In this document: positions 11,932-25,200 of the stretch, one piece after another | Layout of the letters: every line of letters begins with the position of its first letter | Position numbering within the stretch: position 1 is the stretch's first letter | Source of the DNA: Amoebophrya sp. A120 | Taxonomy: Eukaryota; Protista; Dinoflagellata | Reading direction: 5' to 3' | Assembly: GCA_905178155.1 (NCBI GenBank) | Contig: CAJINV010000009.1 | Coordinates: forward strand, 3,342,768 to 3,406,767 | DNA: 64,000 nt | Position numbers and translations under genes: made by a program | Notes under the pieces: model-generated | What the model was told of the DNA's origin: nothing | Databases searched by the model: none | Seen by the model: only the letters and a program-made list of their open reading frames with translations

Positions 11932-14900
11932 ATGCTCTTCGAACCGGCCCAGCACTCGCTGCGCCGTTCTAGCTCGTCGAGCTCCCGCCCTGCAACCGGA
12001 GCAGCATGTCGTCCAAGAAGTACGACCGGTTTGGGTTCGAACCCTGCTGGCGCCCCCAATAGAACAAAGTCCAAAAACACTAGTACAGCCTGCACTTCCT
12101 CCTCCTCCCGCTGCAAGAGGGCTACAGTAAGCAGTACGCACAGGAGCAGCGGCAGCAGCTTCCCCAGCATGAACAAGGCCTACTTTGCGGCGCTCACAGC
12201 CTCGCAAATTCTCCTGCTCGCCGACGCGAGAACCTTACTAGTCCACGGGCCGGTGGATCCGAATAAGGACGGCGGAAAACGGTTCTACGCTGAAATATCA
12301 ACAACTAATAGTGTATTTTCGGTGGACGTCGTGAAGCAACAGTTCGCGGAGGAGCACCTGAAACAGGACACTGGGGGTATTGCGAGGAAAAATCTCCCCT
12401 CCCCATTTCGAAAAGGAAATTTGTGATGCTGATTTGTGACCACCACCACACTCAAATCAGCTCTGTCTTGCGTACAAGGCAAACGGCACCCATGTGGCGC
12501 ATTGTGCAGCGAGTCTGTCATGCGTTTTCGCCTATGTCAGGCTTGTTTCTCATGCTCAGCTGCTAGCCGGATGCGTACCCAAATGGGCTTAGAATATGCC
12601 AACAAGCTCTCGCTGCAATACAAAGTTCATTTGTGTACACAAATGCAGCAACGCAAGTTGTCTTCTGAATATGGGGTGGGGGCTTTTTTCACTCTGATAG
12701 TAGGGGAGGCCCGGCGCTACTACCGGGACCTCACCGGATTTTCTCTAGTGTACGACGGGCGGAAAATTGTCGGTATTTATTTTCATCATGTTGGACTGAT
12801 CGATGTTTGTCATGCAGGATATGCTTGCAAATGCAAAAGATAAGATTTTGTCATCTGGCATTTTACACACGGACGACCATCACAAGAGCCTGTTTTGCTG
12901 CTACCTGGATCCATTCAATCAAGAATTTCTACTAGCTCTCATCATCCTTTTCGCAGTGTCTACTCTCTATAATAAGTACAAAAACCAGAAACTTAAACCA
13001 CACATCAACAGACGGCCCTGCTTCCGATTCCGCGCGCAAACACCAAGCGGACGACATCGATACGATATCCCTCGAAGACATCCCGGACCGCGCAGAGATC
13101 CAGCTTCAGCGAGCTCGGGGCTCCGTGGGCGAGATGCACCGGTGGTCCCACAGCATCACCGGGATTTCGAGTTTGTACGGGGGCAGCTCCAGCGACGATG
13201 CTGCATCCGACGCGGACAGTTCATCATCCACCTCCTCAGCGGATTTGTTCACCTTTGCCTGGCAGCGAGATCTGTACCTGGCGACTGGAGTGGTACTGGA
13301 TCTCACCGATGTGAAGGTGATCGGGGTGATGCTTTTACTCCTGGCGGTACTGCTCATTCTGGTCACGAAACTCTGCTCCGCCTTGCTCGGAACGAGTACC
13401 GCCAGCTCGAAGAATCTGATCAGTTCGCCACCTCCGAGAGGGAAATCCGCAATGTCGTCAAGGTCAGCCTCGACAGCGGCGAACCGCGGGTTTTCCCGCA
13501 CACCCGGAGGGACAACGGCTGGTAGTGCGATGAAAAAAGGTTCAAAGAAAGACGATTCTCCCTCTCTACTCTACCAAGACGACGAAGAGGAGCTTTCTGT
13601 CGGGCAGAAACTGGTCCGCCGCGTGACGACGGCGATGAAGGTAAGCCCCGTGTCTGCCATGAAGGGAGGCAGTGGGAGTAGCAAGCCTTTGACAGAGAAG
13701 GGAAAAGTGAAAATATCCGGGTTCGAAGTGAAGAATTGGAACGGGGTTTACTACAATAGCATTTCAACTAGTACATCCTCTAGAAGTGGTGCTAGCAGCA
13801 GTAATTCTAGCTACAAGCTGCTGTCAAGTTCTTCGAAAAAGCACCAAGCGGTGCAATTCGTCCGGAAAATATGCATTGCAAATATGTCGGGGTCTGGAAA
13901 AGGACCAAGTTTGTCATGCATATTTTCCATGAATCATGAAGTCTGTGATGCATGCCCGAGCATCACACATTCTGCGAGAGCTTTCTGATGCTCATACCGC
14001 TTGAGAAATGCCCCCTTCGCGTGGCAAAAACTGGGTCTCTTTTGCTGTTCATGCAATACAGGTTTTATGTAGAGTCCCAAGGTAGCATGACAAGTTGCAT
14101 CCTCCCAGACCCAGACATATTTGCAATGGATAGAAAAAACCGCGGAGCAAAACGGAGCAATACGTGTTGGAAGCGAATTATGGAAGTGTCAGAATCGAAA
14201 TCGACAAAATCGAAATGATTTGTCATGCATATAATGGATTCCAGTTCTTGTTCGAACCCAGTTTCTTAGCGGTGCATGACAAATTCTGGCGTTGCCGTAT
14301 TCCAGTTTGTAATGCTGTTTAGGCAAAGAAGACTGATTCTCTCATGCTGCTTTAGCAGCTCGAGCTATAACCCCAAACAGGCTTACAATCGGCTTCACTT
14401 GCCTGCTCTGCAACACACGTATTGCGCGTCATGCATTTTATGCATCACAAATCTTTCGACTTTGTCAATTTCGATCCTGACAGTTCCATACAAATCTGTC
14501 AGCGACGAAATGGAGTTTGTTTCTAGAGAATGAGCAAACGGACGAGAAAAAGCTCCTAGCCGAGACAACGTCCATGCTATGAATTGCAAAAATGTCTGGG
14601 TCTGGAAGATAATTGCAACTTGTCATGGTAAATCTGAAGCATGCAAAAATCTGTGTTGCATGAGTGCCAAAAGCTGTCCACTTTTGACCAAGTTGGACCG
14701 GAGTTTCTCATGCAGAATAGGCATGATAGGGATCTCACAGAATGTCTGTCATGCTAAGTCCCGCATAGCAGACCGCATGGGTCATGGAAAATCTGCATGA
14801 CAGGTCTACACTCTTCCAGACCCAGACACGTTTGCACTTGATACATGCTGGGTGGCGGCAACAGCAGCGGCGTTGCAGACTGGAATTGTGTGGCGTCCGA

Positions 14901-14955
14901 GGGAGACGCGGGTACATTTCTGTCCGAGATTGTAGAAGATGTGAGGATAGAATGA
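11932..14955 (+). CDS. Hypothetical membrane protein with a possible ubiquitin-like domain, ~533 aa (alternative start 12169)
   Basis: Exons 11932-12377, 12705-12772, 13012-13869, 14138-14178, 14496-14577, 14849-14955 (1602 nt, in frame). [20 protein letters not shown] is signal-like, [12 protein letters not shown]...EIQL is Ubl-like (weak), and [16 protein letters not shown] is a TM segment. Confidence 0.7.
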
Positions 14956-15423
14956 AGTATTTTACGTAGTAGAGGAGCAGCAGGCGTTGATCATTTCTCG
15001 TGCTGTCTTCACGCGTGACGCATGTTTGTATAGTTACAGCTGCTACATCGTAAGCGTAGCGGAAAAGAAAGAAACGAAAGAAGCATCCATCTCAATATTT
15101 TACGGGAAAAGCACCAGAGTTGTGCAACAAGACGCTTTCCCCAAGAAGTTCCCGTGTTCGTAGCAAAGGGCCGTAAATTATGCTGCTTTATAAAGGGCCG
15201 TAATTTTTCTTGAAGATCTGCATTCAATATTACGCATTGCATTTTCTTTGCTTGTGCAGATCGATACTTGTTGACACGACGAAAAATCAAGAAACCGCAC
15301 AAGAACATGACCGAACGCAGTAGAACATCATCGTGATCCACCTCTTTGTAACATTTGGAAGGGAGAAATCATGATGATCATTTTTGCCTCTCCGCTTTGA
15401 CTCATGTGATCCTGTCCTCGCGG

Positions 15424-15535
15424 CATTTTTTCGCAACGCAACGACAAGCAACTTTGATGCCAAGGAGTTGTCAAAAGTTCATTTTTTCGCAACGCAACGA
15501 CAAGCATCTTTGATGCCAAGGAGTTGTCAAAAGTA
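15424..15535. repeat. Tandem duplication of a ~56-bp unit
   Basis: CATTTTTTCGCAACGCAACGACAAGCA.CTTTGATGCCAAGGAGTTGTCAAAAGT occurs twice in intergenic DNA. Confidence 0.8.
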
Positions 15536-16290
15536 TCCGAACCAAAGCCCCACAAGTTCCTCCTTTGCAAGCCGATCTCTTTTGCGAATAAATATGTTTT
15601 TGAGTTGGAACAAAAAACGATAGAGCATAATGGACACTAAAAGAAGATGCAAAGTTGGGACGCAGGAATTGTTTTCTCTGCTACGACCTATGAATGTGCA
15701 TGACGAAACTGCTCCCCCATCGATGAACCGATATCGAAATCTGCAGAAAGAAAAGAAAACCAGAACACAGATCCCGGAAACTGACTTTACATCAAAATTG
15801 CAATCCCCGGCTAGTTCACGCACAACCCATTTAGTTCTTTTATTTCTTCCTATCGAAAAATTACTACGAATTACTTCCCCCTGCAGCGCGAAAAAAAAGA
15901 TTGTTTCCCCGAGGTTGTTTTGATGAATGTGTAAAAACAAAGTAGAGAATTTCTGAATTAAAAAGTTTCATTTCTAAATATTGTGGCGACACAAGAAAAA
16001 CGTCATGATGAGGTCTTTTTCCAAAACGCCTAGCATCGCGTCTTGATGAGCACCCTTTGTAAAAAAAAGTAGCGACATCGGCACATCAATGTAGTTTCTG
16101 CTTGTACTTTTTTCTTTTGGCGACTCACTCGGTAGTACTACACAACGAGCATTTATCAAAGTACAACTTCCTTGATGTTGTACTTCTTGTAGGGATAGCG
16201 ATTTTTGTTTGTCTCTGCTTCTTGACAACAGCATTCATATTCTTGCATCTTCTGTAGACACCACGACCACGACTAAACAGAAACGACAAT

Positions 16291-19200
16291 ATGTCGTGGC
16301 ATAACAACCGCGGTTGGGGGTACAACAAGGGGGGTGGTAAGCACCACCCCGGCTACAAGCAACCCCTAATCGAGTACTTCATGGACTTTTGCCGGGACAG
16401 CGACAAGTCCGGGGTTCTGACCACCCCGACCTTTGCCTTCAACCAGCTGCCTATCGAGATCGGCGATCCGGCGGGAAAATGGTACTGCGAGCTGACGGTT
16501 TTCGACAAGGAAAAGCGGTGCCAACTGACGTATACCAACATGGAGCCGCAATTGGTGAAGAAAACCGCGCAGGAACAGTCCATCGTGCAGTTTATCAACT
16601 GCAAAAATGTCTGGGTCTGTAAGAGTGCAAGACTTGTGATGCTGCATCAGGATGTGAAAAAAATCTGTGTTGCATGAGCAGCAGAAGGAGCCTAATTTTT
16701 GTTACGCAGAGAGGGCATCTGTCATGCGGAATAGGCATGAAGAATCCCTCAAAAAACCTGTGAAGATGCTAGAGCATGCATCACAGACATCACGGCCCAT
16801 GCAAAACGTGCATGACAAGTCTCAGAATCATCTGCCAGACCCAGACATTTTTGCATTTGATACAATTCTTCGAGCAACGGTTCATCCCCCTCGACGTGAA
16901 CCAGTTTTACTCCACTTTAGGGGAGGCCGAGCGGCAGAAGTCGCATGTGGAGCGGCTCCGACAGCAAAAAATCATCGGGCTGACCAAAAAACAGATCGCG
17001 GAGCGGAAGGCCCAGGGTGTGGGGTTCGAGTACCTGGCCCAAGCGCAGGGCGATGGAAACCTCATGAATGCGGCAGTGGATACGCTGACCGACGAACAGC
17101 TGTTGGCGCTGTCGCAACAAAACGTGGACTTCGGGAAAGAAGTGAAGTTGCTAACCGAAGACGAAGAGAGACGATTGCTAATCGAGGGGGGAGCGGATTT
17201 GGCCCCGGCGATTGGTGGAGGAAGTATGTCGGAAGAGGAAAGCGCAGGGAAGATGGCGTATTTATTACTAAATTCTTTTGATGTACAACTTTACAATAAA
17301 TGGCACTTCGCATGACAAGTTACTCATTCAAAAATTTTGGTCTGTGATGCATTGCCAGTGTATAGAGATTAGAGTTTGTGATGCGCATGTCACAATACAA
17401 ACAGCGCCGACGACGAGTACCTGAAATACCTGCTTCCGATATCAGCTGCAAAAATGTTTGGGTCTGGAAGATTGCAACTTGTGATGCTGTTTTTGGACTC
17501 TAAGAAAATTTGTATTGCATGACCAGCAAGAGGGGTGCGCTTTGTGCTACACGGACAGGGCATTTCTCATGCGCAAGGTGCACCAGGAAGGGTTCTAAAA
17601 ATCTGTAATGCTAGGTCATACATTACAGACTATCATGGGTCATGAGAAATATGCATGACAAGTCTTGCATTCTTCCAGACCCAGACATTTTTGCATTTGA
17701 TATCCGAACGAGGACGACGACGACGAGGACATGGACCCGGATCTGAAGCTATGCAATGCAAATTTTTCATCTCGGTCTGAATTTGTGATGCGAGATGTGC
17801 ATGCGAGAAGGATCTGTCGTGCAGGAAGAGAACCGGCGTTTATTTTTTTGTCATGCGGGCTGCCACGTCGAAGTCGACCGCCAGTTTGTCATGCAAGTCA
17901 CAATTGGAAAATGAAAAATGAAAATCCGGAAGTGGAACAAGCCTTTATTGAACTGCTCACTCGTACGCGTAGTTTTTGATGCCGTATCAAAGGCACCAGA
18001 CCTACGTAGGTTTGGTCATGCAAGACTCAACAGCATGATATAAAAAACCAAAAATCTTCAAAAATTCTCTTGCTTTGTTCATCTCAGACCCAGATTAGGA
18101 TTTTTTCCATTGCATACGAACAATCCCTCGGCCTGCCCCCAAACGCGAAAAAACAACGGACGGATAAAGGTTCTGCTTTCAAGGGCGCGGCCGTATCCCA
18201 CAGAAAAAAGCAAGCAGGTCATATTTGTCATGCAAAAGTAAATAGACAAAAAAATCTGTATTGCGTTTGCGTGTCCTAAGCAGCTGCACCATGCTATGGG
18301 CTCGCCGATGACAGATTTTTTCGTGTATTTATTTTTGCATTACAAATCTGACCTGCCTGTCTTTTTCTGTGGCATAGGCGGGTACGGGCGCGAACAACAC
18401 CGGGCTCGGGCAGAAGGTCGAGTACCCGAACATGATGCCGACGAAGGGGGGCAAGTGGGGGAAGTTTGGGAAGCTGCCGCAACAGGGCTGGGGAAACTGG
18501 AAGGGATATCCTATGTAAAAACGTCCTCACCCCAGAGTCAAAATCGGAAATCTGCAACACAAATCTCCAAGCTTTGGGAGTTCTGCATGACAAGTTTCCA
18601 TCTGCAGGGTAGTGCTAGTTAGCAAGGGCAGCCGCAGGAGAAACCCAGCTTCTCATCCTGTTTACAGCATTACAAAGTCCAAAACACGATTGGAAATGCC
18701 TCTCATGCAGATACGCATCACAAATGGTTCTGTCATTGCGCATTTGCATGACAACTCTGGTGTCGTGGGGACGGTTTTGCCGAGGATAAGGGAAAAGGCG
18801 GGGGCAAGCACGACATCCCGGACTGGCTGAAGAACAGCAACCAGGCGGAGATGCTGCTCCGCGGCCAGAGCGGCCGGCTCGGGAAAAAGCACAACCCGAA
18901 CGAGATTGCGCTGCCCGGCGAGCTATGCATGGCAAATATGTCTGGGTCTGGAAGATTGTGAGATTTCTCATGCTAGTTTGGCATGACTCTGAACTCTGTA
19001 TTGCGTAGGGCCATCGGAAGACCTCCTCTTGTCTGTCATGCAAAAACGATGTTTCTCATGCGGAATACGCAACACAGAGCCACGGGAAAATCTGTCATGC
19101 TTGACGGTGCATTACAGTGCGCTTCCTGTTCACTAACATGCATCACAAGTTTCCAGACCCAGACATTTTTACGCTTGATACGAGCAGTTCAAACGCGCGG

Positions 19201-22200
19201 TCGAAGCCGTCAGCAAGGAAGAGGAGGTATGACAGTGCACAACTCCCCCTCCCCCTCATTTGTATTGCGTGAACAGCAATACAAACACCGCCACACGTGG
19301 AGCCTGTGCATGACAAATTCATGCGCCTACTGTAGTGCTGTTTGGGCTTCCGGAATCTGTCATGCAAACAGTGCGACAGAAGAGCACTTGGATTTGGTAT
19401 TTTGCATGACAAATGAGGGGGAGGGGGAGTTGTGCACTTTCATAGGAGGACGAGGAGTTTGCGCGCATGCAGCCGCCGGAACCGTTACCGGCCGGGGCGA
19501 TTCCGCTGTTACCTTTAGGTGGATCCTATCAATTGCAAATATGTCTGGGTCTGGAAATTTGTGATGCTAAAATGTGCATGATGAAAACACCTCCTCATGT
19601 AGGAAAGCATGACAAGTCTGCGCAACGCTTTATCATACGAGCTCCGCATGAGAAACTGCGTTTTTGTATGACGTGAGAGGCTGCCACTTTTGTTGGTCAT
19701 GCAATACAGATTTCACAGGAATGCAAGACCAGCATTACAAGTTCCAACTTTCCAGACCCAGACATTTTTACATTTGATAGATCCGCGGGGGAGATCCGGG
19801 AGGCGGTCGCGCGAAACGCGATTGCTATGCATTGCAAATATGTCTGGGTCTGGAAGAATGCAAACTTGTGATGCGCATTGTGCAATCTCTCATGCGCAGG
19901 CAGCAAAAGCTGCCCCCTTTTTGTCTCCAAAGTGGGGCATTTGTCATGCGGATTCGGCATTGCGGGAGCTTGTCGAAACCTGTCATGCTAGAGCTTCCAT
20001 GCCAGACCTTCTGTGTCATGCAAAAGTAGCATGATTTTTCTTCCAGACCCAGATATATTTGCATTTGATAATTGCGCCCGAGCCGACGAATCCGAAGTTC
20101 AAGGAGGAAAAAGCTCTGCCCATGGCGGGGACCTTGATGCCCTTGCCGAAAGGGGATATGTCGATCACCTCCGCAATCATCAAGTATGGAATGGAAATAT
20201 GTCTGAGTCGGCAAGGTTGCAACTTGTGATGCTGTCTTTGGAGGCTAAAAAAAAATAAAATTTGTATTGCATGACCAGCAAGAGGAGTTCAGTTTGTCTT
20301 TGTGCCACGCGGAGTGGGCATTTCTAATGCGGAATACGCATCAGAAGGCCCTTTTTGAAAATCTGTGATGCTAGGTCATGTATTACAAGGTTCATGGGTT
20401 ATAATGCAGAATATGCAAGACATCAAACCTGGCAAAAATCTTCCAGACCCAGACATATTTGCAATCCATATCAAGCAGGCCGTGACGAAAGCGCCGGAGG
20501 CGAAGGACGACCCGATATTGTAATGAAAAATCCCCCCTTCCCATATCGAACTGAAAATTTGTGATGCTGATTTGTGGCCACAAATCAGCTTTGTCTTGCG
20601 TACAAGGCAAACGGCACCCATGTGGCGCATTTTACAGCGAGTCTGTCATGCGTTTTCGCCTAAGTCAGACTTGTTTCTGATGCTCAGCTGCTAGCCGTAT
20701 GCGTACCCACATGGGCGTAGAATAAGCCGACAAGCTCTTGCTGCAATACAAAGCTCATTCGTGTACTCAAATCCAGCAACACAAATTGCTTCTTTGATAT
20801 GGGGTGGGGGCTTTTTTCAGTTTGATACCCGAAACTCCGCGCCGCGATGAAGAGGGAGAAAATCGTGCAGGAGGCGGCCAAACGGTTCGAGATGGCGCAA
20901 TCCCGCGGGCAGTTTTTGGACCCGAAGCCCGGGTTCGCGTACCGGACCTTCATATGCAATGCAAAAATGTCTGGGTCTGGACGATTCTTACATTTGTCAT
21001 GTGCATGTCTGACATGACTCGAGAATCTGTGATGCATAGGGGCATTGGAATAAAAGGCTCTCCTATCTGTCATGTAAAACGTTGTTTGTCATGCGGAATA
21101 CACATAGCAGCTCAAAAGTTTGTCATGCCTGGCTGCGTATTGCAGTCCGGCCATCATCCACTTTTAGCATTACAAGTTTCCAGACATCCAGGGATTTTTG
21201 CAGTTGATACTTCAAATTGGTCACAGGCGTGGAAATCCCCGAGCCAGTGTTGAACATCCAGGGACTGTTATGCAAGAAAAAAACTATGTCTGTGTAAGTC
21301 AAAGTCTATGATGCAGGAAATGCAAAACTGTTACACTTGTCATGCTGGATCTGCGTAATAGGCTAGCTTCATACGTGTTTCCACTGATACTAGCTGCGCA
21401 TGACAGGTTTTCCCTGTAATGCAAAACGAATCTGTGATGCTGCTATTCCTAGAAAGTTAATACACCTACACAGTTTTTTTCCTGGATAACTGTGGTCCGT
21501 CGTGGACCCGCAGGCCCGGCCGGCCGGGTCCGCAGTCGCGGAAGCGCGCGGGGTCGGCATCGGGGCGCCGGCGTTTCAGCCGCAGGAGGGGCGGGGCGGC
21601 GAAACCGCGGGGGACAACGATTCGGAGGGGGAGGACGGCCTGGGTCCGGGCAAGGACGCGGGGCAGTATCAAATGCAAATATGTCTGGGTCTGGAAACTT
21701 GTGATGCAAGGAAGGGAATAGTGCGCACACTGTAATGCGCTGCCAAGCATGACAAGTTTTTCCGTGGTTCTGAGTTGCGTACTCCGCATGAGAAGCTGCG
21801 TTTTTGCATGACAGGCCAGAGGAGCTCTCTGTGGTGACGCAACACAGAGTTCACAGTCATGCCAGACTAGCATGACAAATCTCGCAACTTCTACTTCCCA
21901 GACCTTGACTCGTATTTGCGTTTGATAGCCAGTCCGCGCTGATGAAGGCGGGCGTGGATGCGGAGATGGAGCACGAAACCGGGTATCCAAGAAAAAAAGG
22001 TTGTTCGTGTAAATTTGTGATGCGCAACATGCATTAATTGATTGAGCCTGTCATGCTGTGCCTGCATTGTAGGGTCCATTCAGTGGCGTTTTCCCCTACT
22101 ATCTGCGCATGACAGGTTTTTGCTGTCATGCGAAAGATATTTGTCATGCTGATCCTCCAAGAGAGTTACATCTACAATCTTTTCTTCCTGGATACCGGGG

Positions 22201-25200
22201 AGCTGAACACGATTATTATCGAAGAGAATTATTTCCGCAGCAGTAAAGACCCCTTCCGGAAAAGGAACCTGCACATGAGTACCGACGGGCTGAGTTTTCT
22301 GTACTTGGACGACCGGTATCAAATGTAAAAATGTCTGGGTCTGGAAGATTCTGACACTTGTCATGCACGTTTTGCATGAGCCCTGATGTCTGTGATGCAT
22401 GCCCTAGCATCACAGATCTTTTGAGAGCTTCTTGATGCCTATTCCGCATGACAAATGCCCTCTCCGCGTAGCAAAAATTACATTCCCTTTGGTACTCATG
22501 CAATACAAATTTTTTTGGAATCCAAATGCAGCATCACAAGTTGCATTCTTCCAGACCCAGACATTTTTACATTTGATAACCGGGACATTTCGCAGGTCAA
22601 AGGGTACATGTCCCACGACAAAATATGCATTGCAAAAGCATCGTACTAGTACAAATTGCAATACAAATCGCTCAGCATGACAAATTAAATTTGTAATGCG
22701 GATCTACCTACAGCCACTAGATTTGTAATGCATAACTGCAATTAATAGTACGAGTCCGATGCTTTTGCACTGGATACAAAAGGACGAATAACAAAATGAT
22801 CCGGTGGAACACGCAGGAGGAGTGGGAGCCCGCGGTGACCCCGGAGTTGCCCGAGGAGGAGGAAGACGCCGGGGAAACGTACGGCTTCGATATGCAGAAC
22901 TCGAAACAACATTTAAATCAATTCCTCCAGAAGCGGAAACTCCCGACCGATGCCATGAAGGTGGAAAACCTCACCGTCGTCCCCGGGTTCCGTGCGACGA
23001 TCGACATGATGATCACCCCGAAAGAGCGCCTGCGCTGCTCCGTCGTCGCGGGTAGCAAGAAGGGTGCGGGCGCGGAGTTAGCGATGCGGGTGTGCAAAAT
23101 GTTGACCCGAAGGCGGTTGATCGCGAAGGCGAGCGACTTGTTGAATCCAGAGAACGCAATCCACGATCAGATCGAACCGGGGGAATTCGGTCTGTCCGCG
23201 CACATGCGGGGCGTGATTCGGAAGTTCATCACGCAAACGTGTAACTTTGAACCGGTGGAGTTCGACCCGAATGCGCCCGTGATTGACGTGGGGTTGAAGA
23301 TCGACGCGGCACCCTGGTCCATGTCGGCAAATTACGAGTCGGAGGGGGCGATCTCCTGGTCCGAGCCGCGGGCCTGCGCGGACCCCTGGGGCGCGACGAC
23401 CAAGGAGCGCAGTGGAAACCACATTTACACCGGGGATGCGGTTAACCAACAGTTGTTACGGGAATTGCGGCAGATATCAAATGCAAAAATGTCTGGGTCT
23501 GGAAGATTCCGAGATTTGTCATGCAGTTTTTCCAAGCAGCCCCAAGTCTGGAATGCAGGGTTTAGCATCACAGGTTGCGCAGCCCCTTGGTGATGCCCAT
23601 TCTTCATGAGAAATGCCCTCCCAGCATGGCCAGAAGTGGGCATCTTTTGCATGTCATGCATCACAGATCTTTGTATGATCCGCAACACGCATCACAAGTT
23701 CGGATCCTTCCAGACCCAGACATTTTTACATTTGATAACAGAAACAGTCGAACAATTTGTATCAGATGATGCAGCGCGACCGGATTGCGTTGCCGATCTG
23801 GAACATGCAGCACGAGATTGTGTCCGAAATCGAGGGTTCGCAGGTGGTCTTAGTGCAGGGGGCCACGGGTTGCGGTAAGACGACGCAGATCCCGTATCAG
23901 AACGAAAAATCCCCCCTCCCCATATCGAAAACGGAGTTTGTGTTGCTGTATTTGAGTACACAAATGCAGTAAAGGACTGCACGCAGATCGTAAGCCTAAG
24001 GGGGGGCCTCTTGGTCTAGGGGACTAGCATGACAGACGTCTGCCCTACAGGCCTTGCAGCATTACAAATCGCCTGCATATCGTGGCGGAGTCTCTGAGTT
24101 TGCCCTCTTGCAAGAGAGACAGGACTTGTGGCCACAAATCAGCATTGCAAATTTTTCGAAACATACCTTTTCAGTATGGGGAGGGGGGGTTTTTCCTTTT
24201 GATATCCCGCAGTTTTTGTTGGACTACTACATCGGGAAGTCCGCGGGTGTGGATTGTAACATTATCGTGACGCAGCCGCGTCGTGTGGCCGCGATGAGTG
24301 TGGCGGAGCGGGTGTGTCAAGAGTATCCCACGAAAAAACTGTTTCACTGTGATGATCTTGCAAGATCTGCATCACAAGTTTGTTACACACGACACAGAAA
24401 AAAATTTGCCATGCGCGCATTTCCCATAGGGAAAAACACGGTTGAAACTCCAATGCTCTATGCAGGTGTAGCAAGACAAATCGTTCTGTGCTCCATTCTC
24501 TGCATCACAAGTTCACAGTGAAACAGTTTTTTCCTGCGATAAAGAGCGGGGGGAAAGTATTGGACAGAGTTGCGGGTACATGGTCAGGTTCGATCAGGTA
24601 TAAAAGAACAGATATAAGTTTTGTTGATCACCTTCGATATGCAAATGTGCATGACAGGCTGTGATTTCGATCTTGTTTGTGCAATACAGCTTTCAACTAA
24701 TCATGCCCGATGTTTCATTTAGGAGAGAATGCATGACAAAAATAAATTCACGGAACTATTAAAACTTGTATCAGATGCCTCCCCGCGCCTCTGGTTCTAT
24801 CTGCTACATGACGGTGGGTGTGCTACTCAAGCGTTTGGCCGCCGGTCTGCACGGGGTGTCCCACGTGATCGTGGATGAGGTGCACGAACGGGATGTCAAC
24901 ACCGACTTCCTCCTCATCGTCCTCCGCCGCTTGGTCGCCGCCAACCCCAAACTATGCATTGCAAAAGTACTATCTTCGTACTCGTATAAATGCATTACAA
25001 ATTTCCTCAGCATGAGAAATAAAATTTGTACTGCTAATTTGCCTTAAGAACTGGATTTGTAATGCATGATTACAATACGAGTGCGATACTTTTGCACAGG
25101 ATACAAACTCCGCGTGATTCTCATGTCCGCGACCATGGATTTGGCGAAACTGCAGGAGTATTTCAGTCAGAAATCCCGGCGCCAGTGCCGCATCATCGAC

